Assembly: GCA_045602865.1 (NCBI GenBank)
Contig: JAZSCI010000017.1
Span: 1-31,780, forward strand
Direction: 5' to 3'
Origin: Acutalibacteraceae bacterium
GTDB taxonomy: Bacteria > Bacillota > Clostridia > Oscillospirales > Acutalibacteraceae
Length of the DNA stretch: 31,780 bases
The translations under genes and the position numbers were made by a program. The notes beneath the pieces were generated by a model. It was not told the DNA's origin and did no database searches. It saw nothing but the letters and a program-made list of their open reading frames with translations. Of this stretch, positions 1 to 9,923 are shown piece after piece. Every line of letters starts with the position of its first letter. Position 1 is the stretch's first letter.

Positions 1-1000
1 CCACTGTAACAGGTGCTTCGAAGCCGGGCACAAGTCTCTTGAAGGAGTTTGTACTGGGGTTTGCAATAGCACAAAGAGAGCTGATATGCTTAAGAAGTCC
101 TCCGATGAAGTAATGTGCCTCGCGGCTAAGATGAGCATAACCCTCATCATCTGCAAATACGGGCTTACCATCCTTCATAAGGAGCATATGCACATGCATA
201 CCGCTTCCTGCCTCACCATATACGGGCTTAGGCATAAGGGTTGCACTCATACCATACTTTGCAGCGGTATTCTTGATTATGTACTTGATTGTCATTGTAG
301 CATCTGCCATCTTTGACATTTCTCCAAGCTGGGGTTCAATTTCAAACTGACCTGATGCGGCAACCTCAGGATGGTGATACTTAACAGGAATACCTGCTTC
401 TTCAATAAGCATACACATTTCGCTTCTGCACTCATAGGAAACATCATAGGGCTTCGCAATGTGATATGCCTTCTGCTTGGGAACTATGTAGCCCTTACCC
501 TCAGTATTACTGTTCCAGTATGACTGCTTTGCATCAAGAGAAACAGAAACGGAGTTGGGCTGTACCTCCCAGCCTACCTGATCAAAAAGATAGAACTCAA
601 ACTCAGGAAGGATAAGCATTGTATCAGCGATACCCGAATCTCTCATATACTGCTCTGCTGCAAGTACAATGTTTCTGGGATACTGTGCGAGAGGTCTGTT
701 TGCAGGAGTATCAATAATCATTGCATTACCGCTCATTGTAAGGGTAGGAATTTCACAGAAAGGATCGATCATAGCAGTATCGGGATCGGGAATAAACACC
801 ATATCACTTTTCTCAACAACAGCATAACCATAGTTGGAAGCATCAAAGCCTATACCGCTTACAAAAACATCCTCGGAGAAGCTTCCTGCAGGAATGGTAA
901 CGTGACGGAACTGACCGTTGATGTCAACCATCTTGAAGTCAACCATTTTAATGTCCTTCTCCTTAATCAAATCAATAATTGCCTGTACTTTTTCGTTCAT
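1..1000 (-). CDS. glnA: Glutamine synthetase type I, N-terminal part (runs off the window start; missing from the ORF track)
   Basis: Manual minus-strand translation from ATG at 1000: MNEKVQAIIDLIKEKDIKMVDFKMVDINGQFRHVTIP...GIGFDASNYG...LPEFEFYLFD...YHHPEVAASGQFEI...MPKPVYGEAGSGMHVH...NPSTNSFKRLVPGFEAPVTV. These are GS-I motifs. AAGGGG SD upstream. Confidence 0.95.
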   Translation of the reverse strand, partial: MNEKVQAIIDLIKEKDIKMVDFKMVDINGQFRHVTIPAGSFSEDVFVSGIGFDASNYGYAVVEKSDMVFIPDPDTAMIDPFCEIPTLTMSGNAMIIDTPANRPLAQYPRNIVLAAEQYMRDSGIADTMLILPEFEFYLFDQVGWEVQPNSVSVSLDAKQSYWNSNTEGKGYIVPKQKAYHIAKPYDVSYECRSEMCMLIEEAGIPVKYHHPEVAASGQFEIEPQLGEMSKMADATMTIKYIIKNTAAKYGMSATLMPKPVYGEAGSGMHVHMLLMKDGKPVFADDEGYAHLSREAHYFIGGLLKHISSLCAIANPSTNSFKRLVPGFEAPVTV

Positions 1001-1037
1001 AAATAAAGCCCCTTTGCAATAAATTTATATCCTTTGT

Positions 1038-1067
1038 ATTTTATCATAGCTATATTTATTTTGTCAA
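1038..1067 (-). promoter_or_regulatory. sigmaA promoter of glnA
   Basis: TTGACA-18 bp-TAAAAT with extended -10 TG on the minus strand. Confidence 0.65.
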
Positions 1068-1135
1068 TGAACAAGGAAAAATTAACCTGAACAATACATA
1101 AAAACACCTGCAGTATACCAAAAGAGAAAATAAAC

Positions 1136-1164
1136 TTGCTAAGAATATCTTTTATTGTTATAAT
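1136..1164 (+). promoter_or_regulatory. sigmaA promoter of the first GPH transporter
   Basis: TTGCTA-17 bp-TATAAT with TGn extended -10. Confidence 0.75.
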
Positions 1165-1292
1165 GACTGTAGGCGGATTTCAGTCGAAGCAGTGTTTTTC
1201 ACGCTGTTTCGACTGACTATAACAGCTAAAATATCAATATCAAAAATCAGTTATCCGTTTCTTACGGATAACCAACGAGAGCAGGTATAAAT

Positions 1293-2681
1293 ATGAACAA
1301 AAAATCCATCAAGCAAATGTTTTCGTATGGTGTGGGTGCAGTAGGCCTTGATTTAAGCTATGGTCTTTTCTACTCCTTCCTTGCAAAATATCTTACGGAT
1401 ATTCTTCATCTCAACAAGAAATTTCTGCTTTTTCTGACACCGTTTGCCAGAATATGGGACGGAATCAACGATCCTCTTATGGGTACAATCGTTGATAACA
1501 CACAGACAAAAATGGGTAAATACCGCCCCTGGATACTTATAGGTGCTTGTTGTAATGCAGTTGTACTTGCCCTTTTATTTACAAATCCCGGGCTTCAGCT
1601 TGGCGGTCTGCCTCTGTACATATATGTAGCAATTCTCTATGTAGGCTGGGGTATGACAAACACAATGGCAGATATCCCCTATTGGTCAATGGTACCCTCA
1701 TTTACAAATGATCCCAAGGAGCGCAGTCTTATTGCCACAATTGCACGAAGCTTTTCGGGTATCGGTCAGGGTATAATTTCCATATTCACGCCCATTGTAC
1801 TTCCTCTGCTCAGCGAAACAATATCCAATGGCGAGAAAATCGCAGATGCACGAAGCTACAGTCTGTGGGCAATTATCTGTGCCGCCGCATTGGTGGGCTT
1901 CTCTTGTCTTTCCGTTGCAAACACCAAGGAAAAGCACATTACAAAGCACAAGGAAAAATTCACCTTCAAGAAAATGTTCTCTATTGCCAAAAACAATGAC
2001 CAGCTTCTTGTATTTATGCTCTTTGCCATGCTTTCAAATGCAGGCTGGTATATGGTTTCAGGTGTGGGTGTGTACTACTTTGATGTGGTTATCGGTGATC
2101 CCGGCAAGCAAGGCACCTTCAATCTCTTCGGTTCCGTAGGCTCCATTCTCGGACTTGGTGTTATTCCGATTATGATGAAGTTCACTACCCGCAGAAGAAC
2201 ATATCAGACATCTCTCCTTCTTGCTATTTTCGGTTTTTCCGGAATGATGCTTTCCGTTTCTGCGGCAAGCTCCCTCCTTCTTATGAATATCTGCTATACA
2301 ATCGCCTCTATCGGTATCGCATCAATGTTTGTTTCACAGACAGTTTTCCTTGCCGATATTGTTGACTACGGCGAGGTAAAGCAGGGCTTCCGTTCAGAGT
2401 CAATCACCTTCTCCATGAAGGGCTTTCTCCAGAAAATGGCATATACCATTCAGACAATCATACTCTTTACAGGACTTGATGCCTCAAAATACAACGAAAA
2501 TCTCCATGCACAAAACAGCGAGGCTGTAAAGAGCGCAATAAGCTTTATGATGCTTATTGCACCCGTTATCCTGCTCATTCTCTCCTTCCTTGTTTTCACC
2601 TTCAGATTCAAGCTTCACGGTGAATATATGGAAAGCATCACAAAGCAGCTCAACGAAAGAGAAAAAGCAAATAACAAGTAA
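1293..2681 (+). CDS. Glycoside-pentoside-hexuronide (MelB-like) cation:sugar symporter, MFS_2
   Basis: 462 aa, about 12 hydrophobic segments. RIWDGINDPLMG..VDNTQTKMGKYRPW, MADIPYWSM and LADIVDYGE..G.RSE motifs. MelB cation-site Asp equivalents are retained. Confidence 0.93.
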   Translation: MNKKSIKQMFSYGVGAVGLDLSYGLFYSFLAKYLTDILHLNKKFLLFLTPFARIWDGINDPLMGTIVDNTQTKMGKYRPWILIGACCNAVVLALLFTNPGLQLGGLPLYIYVAILYVGWGMTNTMADIPYWSMVPSFTNDPKERSLIATIARSFSGIGQGIISIFTPIVLPLLSETISNGEKIADARSYSLWAIICAAALVGFSCLSVANTKEKHITKHKEKFTFKKMFSIAKNNDQLLVFMLFAMLSNAGWYMVSGVGVYYFDVVIGDPGKQGTFNLFGSVGSILGLGVIPIMMKFTTRRRTYQTSLLLAIFGFSGMMLSVSAASSLLLMNICYTIASIGIASMFVSQTVFLADIVDYGEVKQGFRSESITFSMKGFLQKMAYTIQTIILFTGLDASKYNENLHAQNSEAVKSAISFMMLIAPVILLILSFLVFTFRFKLHGEYMESITKQLNEREKANNK

Positions 2682-2742
2682 ATTTTTACATTTCTGTAAT
2701 TTTCTGTTTGTGATTTCTTAACATACAGAGGTTAAAATATAT

Positions 2743-3336
2743 ATGGTGATGAAATTGAAAGCTTTAAAAAAATATCCCTCCAGGACATTACTTGTCTTTT
2801 TGGGCGGTTTACTTACAGTTACAGGACTTTTCATATTACTTTTCCCCGGAGCATCCCTGAAAACAGTATGTCTTTGTATCGGTGCCCTTGCTCTTATAAC
2901 CGGTGCTATGCGTGTATTTGAATACTATAAGGACAGGAAATCAGGAAAACAATCCTTCTGGGATATTTTCAGCGGAATCCTTCTTCTGACAATCTCTCTT
3001 ATATTGATTTTCCGCCCTGCATTTCTGCTCTCGGTTATTCCGTTTTTTATGGGACTGAGTATTGCCACCTACGGAATTTCCTCCTTTTTCTCAATCCACA
3101 AAATCGGCAAAGGCTTATTCTCAAGACTTTCTTCAATAGCCTTGACTGTATTCGGTATTTTTCTTATTTTCAACCCATTCAAGGGTGCTACCACAATAAC
3201 TGCCTTTGTAGGCTTCGGACTTCTGATTTTCGGTGCGGCTCTGCTCTTGTACCAGATTTTTGGTAAGGACAGCACAAGCTTGCCGAAAACTGACGGAAAC
3301 GGCTACACCGAGGTCGAATTTAAGGATGTAGATTAA
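2743..3336 (+). CDS. HdeD/DUF308-family membrane protein
   Basis: 197 aa with repeated G(L/I)LL..G.F..F.P...hydrophobic hairpins (about 6 TM) and a short acidic tail. Confidence 0.75.
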   Translation: MVMKLKALKKYPSRTLLVFLGGLLTVTGLFILLFPGASLKTVCLCIGALALITGAMRVFEYYKDRKSGKQSFWDIFSGILLLTISLILIFRPAFLLSVIPFFMGLSIATYGISSFFSIHKIGKGLFSRLSSIALTVFGIFLIFNPFKGATTITAFVGFGLLIFGAALLLYQIFGKDSTSLPKTDGNGYTEVEFKDVD

Positions 3337-3352
3337 TTTCCTGAAAACAAAT

Positions 3353-3399
3353 AAATACGGCTTCTGCAAGGTATCTGCCTTACAGAAGCCGTATTTTTT
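3353..3399. terminator. Probable bidirectional intrinsic terminator between convergent genes
   Basis: Inverted repeat AAATACGGCTTCTG...CAGAAGCCGTATTT flanked by A and T runs. Confidence 0.85.
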
Positions 3400-3411
3400 A
3401 TTATTCTGACA

Positions 3412-3987
3412 TCACAAGGTATCGAGAGTCTGCTCATAGGCAGGAAGAAATTCTTCCATAAACAACAATGCCTCGGGCAATCCACATTCAGCTACACGCT
3501 TTCTTGTGGATTTTTCTGCCTCTGCAAATTCCGTGTTACCGGCTTTTCTCTCCTCGATACACTTAATCAATGCGCTGATACGATCAGCAGCCTTTATAAG
3601 CGGCAACAAATCCTTATCCTCTTCCCCTGTCAGGGCAAGAGAAAACACATCCCGAAGGTCATCGGGGAGCTTACCTAAAAGCTTCTCGTTTGCCGCCTCT
3701 TCAACACCACGAAAAGCCTCAAGAATATCCTTGTTGTGGTATTTAACCGGAGTAGGCATATCACCTGTTATAATCTCATGGGCATCGTGATAGAGTCCTA
3801 AAACCGCCGCTCTGTCAGCATTATAATTTTTCCCGAAGCGCTTATTTCCTATAACCGCAAGAGCATGAGCAATTACGGCAACCTCCTTGGAGTGACTGTC
3901 AAGGCTTTCATTTTCTGTATTTCTCATCAAAGCCCAACGGTCTATGTATTTCATTCGGGAAATCATAGCAAAAAAACTGTAACTCAT
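3412..3987 (-). CDS. yfbR: 5'-deoxynucleotidase, HD domain
   Basis: RMKYIDRW.LMRN...ESLDSHS, LYHDAHEIITGDMPTPVKY and IKAADRISALIKC match YfbR. Confidence 0.88.
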   Translation of the reverse strand: MSYSFFAMISRMKYIDRWALMRNTENESLDSHSKEVAVIAHALAVIGNKRFGKNYNADRAAVLGLYHDAHEIITGDMPTPVKYHNKDILEAFRGVEEAANEKLLGKLPDDLRDVFSLALTGEEDKDLLPLIKAADRISALIKCIEERKAGNTEFAEAEKSTRKRVAECGLPEALLFMEEFLPAYEQTLDTL

Positions 3988-3996
3988 AATAATTCC

Positions 3997-6900
3997 TTAT
4001 TTAAACTTAATTTTGAAGGTTTTTATCTCAAAGGGCTTGAAGGTCGCCGCAAAGGTATCACCCTCGAAGGGCATAGCCACATCCTCTTCTTCAAGAAGAT
4101 TACATTCACTAAGCTCTTTTATAGCACCGCAAAGCTTAAAGGTTGCGGAAATTTTACTGTTCCAGGTTTCATAAGCACGGACAATAATTGCATCACTGTC
4201 CTCTGCAACCTTAACAGTCTCTATAACAACATTATCTGCATCGCAGCTGATAAATGAATATTCAGCAGGTAAAGCACCCTCATTCTTTTCGCTGAACACT
4301 GTGTAAAGAGGGAAGTTTACATTATAGCCCTGTTTGACAACATCCGAATCATTTACTCTGCCCTTATGAGGATAGATTGAGAAGGAGAAGGAATGATGCT
4401 CTCTGTCCTGAATATGATTGGGGTTGGTAGCACATCTGAAAAGCGTGGGGCGGATATGTCCGTCCTTAACATCACAACCGTACTTACAGTCATTGATTAC
4501 TGAAAGTCCGAAGCCGTTATCAGAAAGGTCTGCCCATTTGTGCATAGACACCTCAAACTGTGCAAAATCCCATGTGGTATTTGTTGTTGTGGAGCGCTCC
4601 ACATTACCGAACTGAATATCAAAGGTTGCCTTAACCGCATTTACATCAACAGGGTAATCCGCCTTGAGAACAACGTGATCCTCGTGCCAATCTGCCTCAT
4701 AATCAACATCAATTCTGTCAAGCTCTGAATATACACAATAATACTCGGTAAATGTAGAATTACGGAAGGCTCTGTCAACCTTATACACTGCACGTACAGG
4801 GCCCTTCTCCACAAGCTCTGCAGATTTGAACTCAAGCTCCCATACCTTTTCCTCGAAATAGCATTTGATATCCCAAGCCTCGTGGTTATGAGGTCTGTCC
4901 TGATATGCTCTTACCTTACCCACACATTCACCCTCAGGAGCAACACTTCTGCCTGTAGGCTTGTGAATAAGACTTGTTATATTTCCGTCATCCCCAAAGG
5001 TAAGCGAGAAATACTTTGTATCGGCAGCCTTTTCGGTTGCATTGACAGAAGCTTTACCCGAAGGTACTGCAGCAGACACCTTAACACTTGTGTAGCCCTT
5101 TGCAGGAACTGAAGCCACAAACACAATTTTACCGTCAAAGGTTTTCTGGTAGGGAATCTCTTCTCCGTTAATATCAAAGAGAGAAAATTCTCCCTCAAGG
5201 GGACAATCGCAAACAACTGCATCTTTTCTGTTAAAGCCGGTTGTATTGAAAACAATAAGGCTGTCATTTTCTACATTAATAGCCGAAGAAATAGCTCTCT
5301 GAGCCTTTGCGGTCATATCGCAGCCTTCCCTGAGCACCTTCTCATAATCCTCCCTGCTATCCTCGTAAACGGGAGCAATGGATGAGCCTGGAAGAATATC
5401 ATGGAACTGATTGAGAAGAATCAGCTTCCAGTTTTCAAGGAGCTTTTCCCTGGGATAAGAAAGCTCTGTTTCCTTAAACGCAATTGCAGAAAGAGTTTCT
5501 GTATCGTGATACAGACATTCACTCTTACGGTTATATTTTTTGTTTCTTGCCTGACTTGTGAGAGTACCTCTGTGGAATTCAAGATAAAGCTCTCCGCACC
5601 ATACGGGAAGTCTTTTGTTTGAGCTGACCTTTTCATCAAGGTGTCGGAAGAAGTCAAGAGAGGTTGACTGCTTTACAACAGGACAGCCCTGAATACCCTT
5701 TGCCATTCTTCTGCCGTATTCGAGCATTTCAATTGTGGGGCCGCCGCCTCCGTCACCGAAGCCGTATGACATAAGATAATCCTTTGAAAGATCCTTCTGG
5801 GAATATCTCTTGTAGCCACCTAAAACATAAAGAGGTCTGAGCTTACTGTTATATGTTGTCTGCCAATTTTTCCTTTCATCGGCAGTAACGTGGCAGCTTG
5901 GCGGGAAGTGAGAAAGCACCTCTGTTCCGTCAATACCTCTCCACTTGAAGGTATCATAAGGGAATTTATTGTATTCGTTCCAGCTGATTTTTGTGGTCAT
6001 AAAATAGTCCATACCGCATTTCTTTATAAGCTGGGGAATTGCGGCAGAGTAGCCGAAAACATCGGGAAGCCACATAATCTTATTATCCACACCGAACTCA
6101 TCACGGAAGAAGCGCTTACCTACCATAAACTGGCGTACAAGAGCCTCACCTGAGGAAACATTGGTATCAGCCTCAACCCACATACTTCCTTCAGGCTCCC
6201 ATTTGCCCTCCTTCACCTTTTCCTTGATTCGTTCAAAAACCTCGGGATAATCCTGCTTCACATAATCGTAAAGCTGTGCCTGAGAGGACATAAAAATATA
6301 CTCAGGATATTCCTCCATAAATTTAAGAACGGTAGAGAAGGAACGACAAGCCTTATCGCGGCTCTGTCTGAGTCTCCAGAGCCATGCCACATCAATGTGA
6401 GTGTGACCTACACACCAGGCAGTAGCCTCCTCAAAGCGACCGTAAAGATTTTCGTCAAGATACTTTGATGCCTCTATAGCCGACTCTCTGAAAAACTGTC
6501 TGTCATTGGTATCTATATCAAGAATATTGCATGCTTCATTAAGTGCCTTAAGGATATTGATTCTCGCATCATCATCCTCGCCCTTGTATTTAGCCACCTT
6601 GAGAGGTGTAAGCAAATCGAAATATGTACCGAATGCCACATCATCCATAACCTGAAGCTTAGCACCCATCTGTATTTCGCCCTTCCATTCCCAATCATCG
6701 GAATAGGCATTGATAGCGATATCAAGCTCCTCACCGCCTTGGGCACACTCGGTAAGTGTAACATACTGGTGGTTACTGTCACTGCCCTGAACTACTTTAC
6801 CGTTTACGAAAATAATAAACTGCGGGTTTACCTCTTCTCTCCATGCTCTGGCATAAGGCTTAATGCTGTATAAAACGTGCTCACCCTTGAATTTTTCGGG

Positions 6901-7158
6901 TATTTTCACCTTTTGCCTGAACCAGCAATAGCATTCACGGTAGCCCCAATAATCCTTGTTTGCGGCAAAGGGAGTCCACTCACCTTTGTCAATATCCTCT
7001 ATAGAATACTGTCCGTCACGGAACAGAAAATCTCCTGTATCAACACTGTCAACAATAACAAACTTTGCATACATATCATTGAGAATCCGATTTATGCGTC
7101 CGCTAATCATATAGCGCTCACTGTTTTTGTCGTGAAAATCGACTTCAAAATGTGCCAT
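3997..7158 (-). CDS. Alpha-mannosidase, GH38 (cytoplasmic, no signal peptide)
   Basis: 1053 aa. GHTHIDVAWLW, WLPDVFGYS (nucleophile Asp), FGDGGGGPT, GELYLEFHRGT, LNQFHDILPGSSI and C-terminal FKPFEIKT. Confidence 0.95.
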   Translation of the reverse strand: MAHFEVDFHDKNSERYMISGRINRILNDMYAKFVIVDSVDTGDFLFRDGQYSIEDIDKGEWTPFAANKDYWGYRECYCWFRQKVKIPEKFKGEHVLYSIKPYARAWREEVNPQFIIFVNGKVVQGSDSNHQYVTLTECAQGGEELDIAINAYSDDWEWKGEIQMGAKLQVMDDVAFGTYFDLLTPLKVAKYKGEDDDARINILKALNEACNILDIDTNDRQFFRESAIEASKYLDENLYGRFEEATAWCVGHTHIDVAWLWRLRQSRDKACRSFSTVLKFMEEYPEYIFMSSQAQLYDYVKQDYPEVFERIKEKVKEGKWEPEGSMWVEADTNVSSGEALVRQFMVGKRFFRDEFGVDNKIMWLPDVFGYSAAIPQLIKKCGMDYFMTTKISWNEYNKFPYDTFKWRGIDGTEVLSHFPPSCHVTADERKNWQTTYNSKLRPLYVLGGYKRYSQKDLSKDYLMSYGFGDGGGGPTIEMLEYGRRMAKGIQGCPVVKQSTSLDFFRHLDEKVSSNKRLPVWCGELYLEFHRGTLTSQARNKKYNRKSECLYHDTETLSAIAFKETELSYPREKLLENWKLILLNQFHDILPGSSIAPVYEDSREDYEKVLREGCDMTAKAQRAISSAINVENDSLIVFNTTGFNRKDAVVCDCPLEGEFSLFDINGEEIPYQKTFDGKIVFVASVPAKGYTSVKVSAAVPSGKASVNATEKAADTKYFSLTFGDDGNITSLIHKPTGRSVAPEGECVGKVRAYQDRPHNHEAWDIKCYFEEKVWELEFKSAELVEKGPVRAVYKVDRAFRNSTFTEYYCVYSELDRIDVDYEADWHEDHVVLKADYPVDVNAVKATFDIQFGNVERSTTTNTTWDFAQFEVSMHKWADLSDNGFGLSVINDCKYGCDVKDGHIRPTLFRCATNPNHIQDREHHSFSFSIYPHKGRVNDSDVVKQGYNVNFPLYTVFSEKNEGALPAEYSFISCDADNVVIETVKVAEDSDAIIVRAYETWNSKISATFKLCGAIKELSECNLLEEEDVAMPFEGDTFAATFKPFEIKTFKIKFK

Positions 7159-7189
7159 TTTTCTCTCCCCTATGTGTAAAAGTACAATA

Positions 7190-7218
7190 ATAATATCATA
7201 GAATATGTTGTTTTACAA
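7190..7218 (-). promoter_or_regulatory. sigmaA promoter of the GH38-yfbR unit
   Basis: TTGTAA-17 bp-TATTAT with extended TG. Confidence 0.6.
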
Positions 7219-7264
7219 TAATTTAAAGTTAAAATAAGACAAATATATAGTTAATAATTAATAA

Positions 7265-7293
7265 TTGACAAATCAGAAAATAAAAAGTAAAAT
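7265..7293 (+). promoter_or_regulatory. sigmaA promoter of guaB
   Basis: TTGACA-17 bp-TAAAAT; AAGGAG SD before ATG 7330. Confidence 0.75.
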
Positions 7294-7329
7294 ATAAGGA
7301 AATAACTTAATGTAAGGAGAGATTAGTTT

Positions 7330-8835
7330 ATGGCACATTATTGCAAAGAACCTTCAAGAACATTCAGCGAGTATCTTCTCATTCCCGGATACACAGGACC
7401 GGATTGTATCCCTGATAATGTTAGTCTTAAAGCTCCTTTGTGCAAATTCAGAAAGGGAGAAGAGTCCCCCATCACTCTTAACATCCCTCTTGTTTCTGCT
7501 ATTATGCAATCTGTTTCAAACGACACTCTTGCAATCGCTCTTGCAAAGGAGGGCGGTATGTCCTTCATTTACGGCTCACAGTCCATTGAGGATGAGGCTG
7601 CTATGGTTGCCAGAGTAAAATCTTATAAGGCAGGCTTTGTTATCAGCGATTCAAACCTTTGCCCTGACAGCACACTTGGTGATGTTGTTAATCTTTATGA
7701 TTTATTAGGTCATTCCACAATGGCTGTTACTGATGACGGCACAGCTACAGGTAAGCTTCTTGGTGTAGTAACATCAAGAGACTACAGAATCAGCCGTATG
7801 CCTCTCGACACAAAGGTAAGCGAGTTTATGACTCCCCTTGAAAAGCTTATTACTGCTCCTTCAACAACTTCTCTCAAGGAAGCAAACGATATCATCTGGG
7901 AGCACAAGCTCAATTCTCTCCCCATCATTGATGATAATGGCAACCTTATGTATTTCGTATTCCGTAAGGACTACTCACAGCACAAGGAAAATCCTCAGGA
8001 AATCCTTGACAATGAAAAGAGATATATGGTTGGTGCAGGTATCAACACCCGTGACTACGAGCAGCGCGTTCCCGCACTTGTTGAAGCAGGTGCAGACGCT
8101 CTCTGTATCGACTCCTCCGAGGGTTACACAGAGTGGCAGAAGAGAACAATCGCTTTCATCAGAGAAAAATACGGCGACACAGTAAAGGTTGGTGCAGGTA
8201 ACGTTGTTGACCGTGAGGGCTTCCGTTTCCTTGCAGAGGCAGGTGCTGACTTCATCAAGGTTGGTATCGGCGGTGGCTCCATCTGTATCACCCGTGAAAC
8301 AAAGGGTATCGGCAGAGGTCAGGCTACAGCACTTATCGAGGTTGCTGCTGCAAGAGATGAGTATTTTGAGGAAACAGGTATTTATGTTCCTATCTGCTCA
8401 GACGGTGGTATTGTTCACGACTATCATATGACACTTGCTCTTGCTATGGGCGCTGACTTCATAATGCTTGGCAGATATTTCGCAAGATTCGATGAGAGCC
8501 CCACACCAAAGCTCAACATCAACGGCACCTATGTTAAGGAATATTGGGGTGAAGGCTCCAACAGAGCAAGAAACTGGCAGAGATATGACCTTGGCGGTCA
8601 GAGCAAGCTTTCCTTCGAGGAAGGTGTTGACTCCTATGTAACATACGCCGGCTCACTTCATGACAATGTTACAAAGAGCCTTTACAAGGTTAAATCCACA
8701 ATGTGCAACTGCGGTGTTCTTACTATTCCTGATCTTCAGAGGGATGCAAAGCTCACTCTTGTAAGTGCTACAAGTATTGTCGAGGGCGGATACCACGATG
8801 TTATGCTCAAGACAAATACAAACAACATCAGATAA
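7330..8835 (+). CDS. guaB: IMP dehydrogenase with CBS pair
   Basis: 501 aa. [27 protein letters not shown] (catalytic Cys), [12 protein letters not shown] and a CBS region. Confidence 0.96.
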   Translation: MAHYCKEPSRTFSEYLLIPGYTGPDCIPDNVSLKAPLCKFRKGEESPITLNIPLVSAIMQSVSNDTLAIALAKEGGMSFIYGSQSIEDEAAMVARVKSYKAGFVISDSNLCPDSTLGDVVNLYDLLGHSTMAVTDDGTATGKLLGVVTSRDYRISRMPLDTKVSEFMTPLEKLITAPSTTSLKEANDIIWEHKLNSLPIIDDNGNLMYFVFRKDYSQHKENPQEILDNEKRYMVGAGINTRDYEQRVPALVEAGADALCIDSSEGYTEWQKRTIAFIREKYGDTVKVGAGNVVDREGFRFLAEAGADFIKVGIGGGSICITRETKGIGRGQATALIEVAAARDEYFEETGIYVPICSDGGIVHDYHMTLALAMGADFIMLGRYFARFDESPTPKLNINGTYVKEYWGEGSNRARNWQRYDLGGQSKLSFEEGVDSYVTYAGSLHDNVTKSLYKVKSTMCNCGVLTIPDLQRDAKLTLVSATSIVEGGYHDVMLKTNTNNIR

Positions 8836-8862
8836 TTTTCGGAATAATATCCTACAAAAACG

Positions 8863-8896
8863 AAACGCGTTGTGTTCATTTGAACATAACGCGTTT
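8863..8896. terminator. Hairpin between convergent guaB and E2-like gene, likely terminator
   Basis: AAACGCGTTGTGTTCA / TGAACATAACGCGTTT inverted repeat; the T-rich tail is better on the minus strand. Confidence 0.75.
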
Positions 8897-8953
8897 AACA
8901 TTTATGTATTAAATCAAGGTGAAAAAGCTTACGGACCACTTCCTATTTTAACA

Positions 8954-9883
8954 TTAAGCATTTTCGTTAAGAATAAGCTCAGGATTTTTGAAAAACTCCT
9001 CCATTTTTGTAAGGAAAGGTCTTACTTCGCCGAAATCCAATGCTCTGTGGTCGAAAACAATGTTAATGGGAAGAATTGTTCTGATTTCGATCTTCTCGTT
9101 TCCATCCTCATCCTTCACTACAACAGGCTTTCTCTGTAATGTACCGATACCGATAACACAAATCTGAGGAGGAATAACCATAAGCATTGCAACCTCACCT
9201 GAAAGACCTCGGGTATCTGCACCTACATTAGAAACAGTTATTGTACCCTGCTTAAGATCCTTACGGGTAATCTTCTCTGTATCAGGTATAGCCTTATACG
9301 CCTTCTTCTCCGCACCCTTAAGTCTTACGATTCTGTGCTTCTTATTGGTATTAGCACCGTAAAGGCGCTTGATAGCCTTAAGTATATGTCCCTTTTTCAG
9401 CTTATCAATTGTGTCGTGGAAGGAAACAGAATACAGAGCCTCTACAAGATTTGTCTTTTCAAGGCGGCGGTTAATATCTGCCTGATACTCTGCTATATCC
9501 TTAAGTGTCTTGTTACCCATATCCTTCATAGTAATTGTCATCATATTACCATCAGGAAGAATCCAGGGAACAGAAATATCAATATTATCAAACACAGTAA
9601 CCTTACCTCTTACGAGACCTCTCTCATAATGCATATGTGCATTAATAACAGGGTCAACCTCTATCGCCTCAGCAATAGCCTTGAGAAGCACCGCATTGAG
9701 CGTGATCTTCGGTCCCTCATCTGTGTTATGAACAGCCTGGAACTTCTTAAATTCATCCATAAAATGAGTTACATCAGGTTCATACTGATAACTAACGTGT
9801 GGTATATTCTGCCAACTCTCAGTTGTCATATTGGCAACAATTTTTCTTTGTATGCCGAATCTTGTAACACTTTTTACGCCCAT
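8954..9883 (-). CDS. Stand-alone 2-oxoacid dehydrogenase E2-type acyltransferase catalytic domain (no lipoyl or E3-binding domain)
   Basis: 309 aa starting directly at the catalytic core (QRKIVANMTTESWQNIPH). GTITVSNVG and FDHRALD motifs present; no lipoyl-Lys motif. Strong SD (AAAGGA) upstream. Confidence 0.85.
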   Translation of the reverse strand: MGVKSVTRFGIQRKIVANMTTESWQNIPHVSYQYEPDVTHFMDEFKKFQAVHNTDEGPKITLNAVLLKAIAEAIEVDPVINAHMHYERGLVRGKVTVFDNIDISVPWILPDGNMMTITMKDMGNKTLKDIAEYQADINRRLEKTNLVEALYSVSFHDTIDKLKKGHILKAIKRLYGANTNKKHRIVRLKGAEKKAYKAIPDTEKITRKDLKQGTITVSNVGADTRGLSGEVAMLMVIPPQICVIGIGTLQRKPVVVKDEDGNEKIEIRTILPINIVFDHRALDFGEVRPFLTKMEEFFKNPELILNENA

Positions 9884-9923
9884 AGTTTTCCTTTCATCCT
9901 TTCGGGAAATATATAATATTATT

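Noticed and set aside
1001-1140. GlnR/TnrA box or glutamine riboswitch before glnA
   Set aside because: No TGTNA-N7-TNACA, and the predicted leader is only about 30 nt.
7294-7329. Purine riboswitch before guaB
   Set aside because: Leader of about 30 nt is too short and has no aptamer features.
8954-9883. Truncated pseudogene of a normal E2, or a classical chloramphenicol acetyltransferase
   Set aside because: It has its own strong SD, an intact frame and catalytic motifs, and no lipoyl remnant in the 40-nt gap. The motif is E2-type DHR, not CAT-type HHAVCDG.
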